From: Amphiscolops sp. MND2022
Taxonomy: Eukaryota
Assembly: GCA_964187785.1 (NCBI GenBank)
Contig: OZ076413.1
Span: 45,386,001-45,450,000, forward strand
Direction: 5' to 3'
DNA length: 64,000 bases
The notes under the pieces were generated by a model, which worked only from the letters and a program-made list of their open reading frames with translations, made no database searches and was not told the DNA's origin. Positions 61,434 through 64,000 of this stretch are shown here, one piece after another. Positions within the stretch are counted from its first letter, which is position 1; each line of letters begins with the position of its first letter. The translations under genes and the position numbers were made by a program.

Positions 61434-62012
61434 TTAATTTATCAGGTTAAAGTTTCTGTAAGGAACAGGGCCCGTGTGATCCCGTAGATCACATGCAGAC
61501 CTTGAGTCCTTCTTTGTAAGTTTTGTATTTTTCCACATATTTCCGATCTCATCCTCATTTAGAGACGAACCGGGCTCAACGCCTTGCTGAACCAAAGTTG
61601 AATTTCCCATCATGTTTTGTATTTCAGGTATTATTCTTTCGCTAATAGCAGAGTTTATTGCCCAACTAATATGAGTTTGCATGAAATCCATCATACTCTC
61701 CATTTCCCTTGACATCCTGGCATTCATTTCTCCAGACAAAGTATTGATTGACTCTATCAGTCTACCTTCCCCAATAGGTTCATTTCTATTATCAATGTCT
61801 CTAATCTCATTTTCCAGAGATGAGTTTTCTCTATTTGGAAAAGACTGAAAGTCCTGCTGCCTATCTGGGGCGTTGATGAGGCTGTCCAATTCTCTTTCTA
61901 TAGAGTTGGAATTTCCATCACCTAGCATTATGTCCATGTTTCCATAGTAGGACAACATATCTAGCTCTCTTGACTTTCTAGCCTTTGCCTTTTGTCTCCT
62001 AGTAGAAGGCAT
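61434..62012 (-). CDS. Gag-N-terminus-like ORF (MPSTRRQKAKARK..., coiled-coil) truncated at the putative LTR end
   Basis: Basic N-terminus, helical E/M-rich segment; the last codons run into flanking DNA beyond 61457. Confidence 0.45.
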   Translation of the reverse strand: MPSTRRQKAKARKSRELDMLSYYGNMDIMLGDGNSNSIERELDSLINAPDRQQDFQSFPNRENSSLENEIRDIDNRNEPIGEGRLIESINTLSGEMNARMSREMESMMDFMQTHISWAINSAISERIIPEIQNMMGNSTLVQQGVEPGSSLNEDEIGNMWKNTKLTKKDSRSACDLRDHTGPVPYRNFNLIN

Positions 62013-64000
62013 TGAAAATGTTGTTCCAGGAGAAAATCTTTGAATTGTTCCTGTGGACAAGTATTTCTATTTTCAGGTTAACCAAAATGAGCGTAATGTA
62101 TCAGGTAACTGCAAAATTATGATTAACCTTTGTCAGGCCGACTTGGGTATATATACCCCAGAGGACATGACAGGCAAAATTGTTATGGTCATGATACTAA
62201 AAATAGCACGCAAACTAAAATTAGATACGTCAGCACTATAAATAGTAACATGACATCATCGTAGGCCTACGTGAGCGGTTAGATCCAAGCGCCCGTTCAG
62301 GCCATATGACGAGTAGGTAATAACACTCGTGTGTAACGTAATATATATCAACACTTTTACATGTAAACATAATTCATGTAAACTACATATGGTAAGTAAC
62401 TGTAAGGGACTTCCAGTTCCCTTTCAGTTTCACAAAACAACATTACGCTTGAGCACATACATGTAAGCCCTATACGGCCTGTAACCGTTGGGGCTTTCTA
62501 ATTTGATCCCAGTATAATACGAAAAGCAACACTACATGTCAACAATATATGCGATTTGTTATTGCATGGGGGAGGGCTACTTGTGTCTTTTCATCACTAA
62601 TCAATTGTGACACCAATCTCATGTGATCAGTATACAGCACTTGAGTGTTCATTGTGTCAACCGGCCGTGGTAGGCCTTATTTACTGTATAGCACCAAGAC
62701 AATTAATACAGTGAATAGGGACAGGGGGACGGCTATGTCCTATTTGTAGTTACTGAATATCATTCAAGTATAGCATCAAAGTACATTAAGGCCGGCAAAG
62801 TTAATTGGCGGTATTGGTCCATTCTAAATAGCTACTAGCGCAGTTACGTAATGAGTAATAAGATGGCTGTTATAAACTGCACTCTGATTGGCCAATTGAC
62901 CATGGACGGCTTAGCTAGCTATACTGGACAGGCAAACATTTGAACACGTTTCCTTTCTGCCTGTCAGTATAGCTTGCTGTCAAATGTATTTCAAATAATA
63001 AAACAATTCATCAATCAACATTACATATTCAAAATAATATTAAATGTTTGAAAGTTTTAGTTTTATAATGGAAGTGTCCCAGGTAGGGCAATTGGCCTCG
63101 TATGGTCAATTGTATAGATGTTGCCATCGCAGGCGGCAGCCTGCGACACTCCCCCTGGTAGTAATAGGAATGTGCCCACCTGCATTCCTTCTATAAAAGC
63201 TCTTTTGCGTGCCTCTAGTTGATCTGCCGATTCTCCCAAAATGGCCGTCTTGCGCAAATAATCCGTGACTGCTTCGCTCTGAATTTGTAAGGTAGATTTT
63301 CCACATATCACCCAGTCTGAGTATTTCCGCATTCGGCTGTTCGTCTCAACTTCTATTCCTTGGAAATGGTTTGCAACCGTGTCCAAGGACTGTTGGGAGA
63401 TTTTGCTCTGACCGTCCACCGAATAGGAATCGTAAATTAGTCCTCTCTCTTCAGGTGGGGGCGGCATAGGAGTATCCACCATGGGAATGATTTCCCTGCA
63501 CAGCTTGATAGGGTGATTGTTGCGCACTCGGTCATCTCGCCGTATCGGGCCATTTCCCTTCCCCAGTGAGAAGAAGGATTGGTCGAGAGTAGGCCTTACT
63601 GCAAAGCTCGTCCCAGAGGTCCCATATCTTGGCAAGTTATATTGGGGGGCTTCATCTCTAATTCGCAGAGCTGTTGAAGAACCAGGTATTGGGATAGGAG
63701 ATGATAGTTGCGCCTCGACACATTGGGCCATCATCATGATTTCGTCATCCATCTCTTCATCATCCGATGACAATTGAAGGTCCAGCACTGAATTCATGCT
63801 CTGGTCGCCCATCTCCTCCTCTTCGTCACTGGATAGGCAGATTATGTCTACACCGCCGGGCGCTGCGCCTTGGAAGTCTTCAGGGTATAGGGCGGCCATG
63901 AATCTTGCTTTTATGAATTTCTTGGCAATTTTTATAAAAATTGGAATTAGTTTTGGATTTTTCAAGTTCCGCTAACCAACTGTTATTGAAAGCTTCAGAA
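61457..64000 (-). mobile_element. Terminal part of an LTR retrotransposon, running out of the window
   Basis: Sharp boundary TGTAAG at 61457 (minus strand ...CCTTACA), TATATATA at about 62146-62153, gag-leader-like ORF cut at the boundary, intronless upstream ORF. No second LTR is present to confirm. Confidence 0.5.
63063..63899 (-). CDS. Hypothetical acidic protein (about 278 aa from MAALYPEDF), probable retroelement accessory ORF
   Basis: Intronless, GC-richer than the flanks, open to TAA at 63063; no recognisable domain. Confidence 0.55.
   Translation of the reverse strand: MAALYPEDFQGAAPGGVDIICLSSDEEEEMGDQSMNSVLDLQLSSDDEEMDDEIMMMAQCVEAQLSSPIPIPGSSTALRIRDEAPQYNLPRYGTSGTSFAVRPTLDQSFFSLGKGNGPIRRDDRVRNNHPIKLCREIIPMVDTPMPPPPEERGLIYDSYSVDGQSKISQQSLDTVANHFQGIEVETNSRMRKYSDWVICGKSTLQIQSEAVTDYLRKTAILGESADQLEARKRAFIEGMQVGTFLLLPGGVSQAAACDGNIYTIDHTRPIALPGTLPL

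Overview
AT-rich eukaryotic (invertebrate animal) genomic DNA. The repeat families remind me of acoel assemblies, but I cannot verify the organism. I could assemble two spliced host genes, both on the minus strand and both with open, phase-consistent exons: a 4-exon Rab32/38-family GTPase (712-15577, 225 aa) and a 5-exon MADF-domain transcription factor with a C-terminal BESS-like motif (19459-31300, 609 aa). The rest is dominated by transposable elements. Retroelements: a frameshifted CR1/L2-group LINE enclosed by Tc1/mariner-type TIRs, a non-autonomous LTR element with 1.4-kb LTRs and a 5-bp TSD, a 5'-truncated CRE-like retrotransposon with a 19-bp TSD, and the end of a second LTR element next to an orphan acidic ORF with SUMO-interacting-like motifs. 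DNA transposons: one intact hAT, one hAT with a single frameshift and a CGGBP1-like zinc finger, several hAT deletion derivatives, at least eight copies of a Helentron/DINE-like (HINE) family, and many MITEs. Smaller items: tRNA-derived SINE heads, a 67-bp 18S rRNA fragment, several palindromes, and two heavily decayed coding regions, one possibly an LRR membrane receptor. I cannot demonstrate a new biological system. The best candidates for follow-up are the TIR-wrapped LINE, the SIM-like accessory ORF, the possible -1 frameshift in the hAT transposase and the frequent GTTAGT splice donors.
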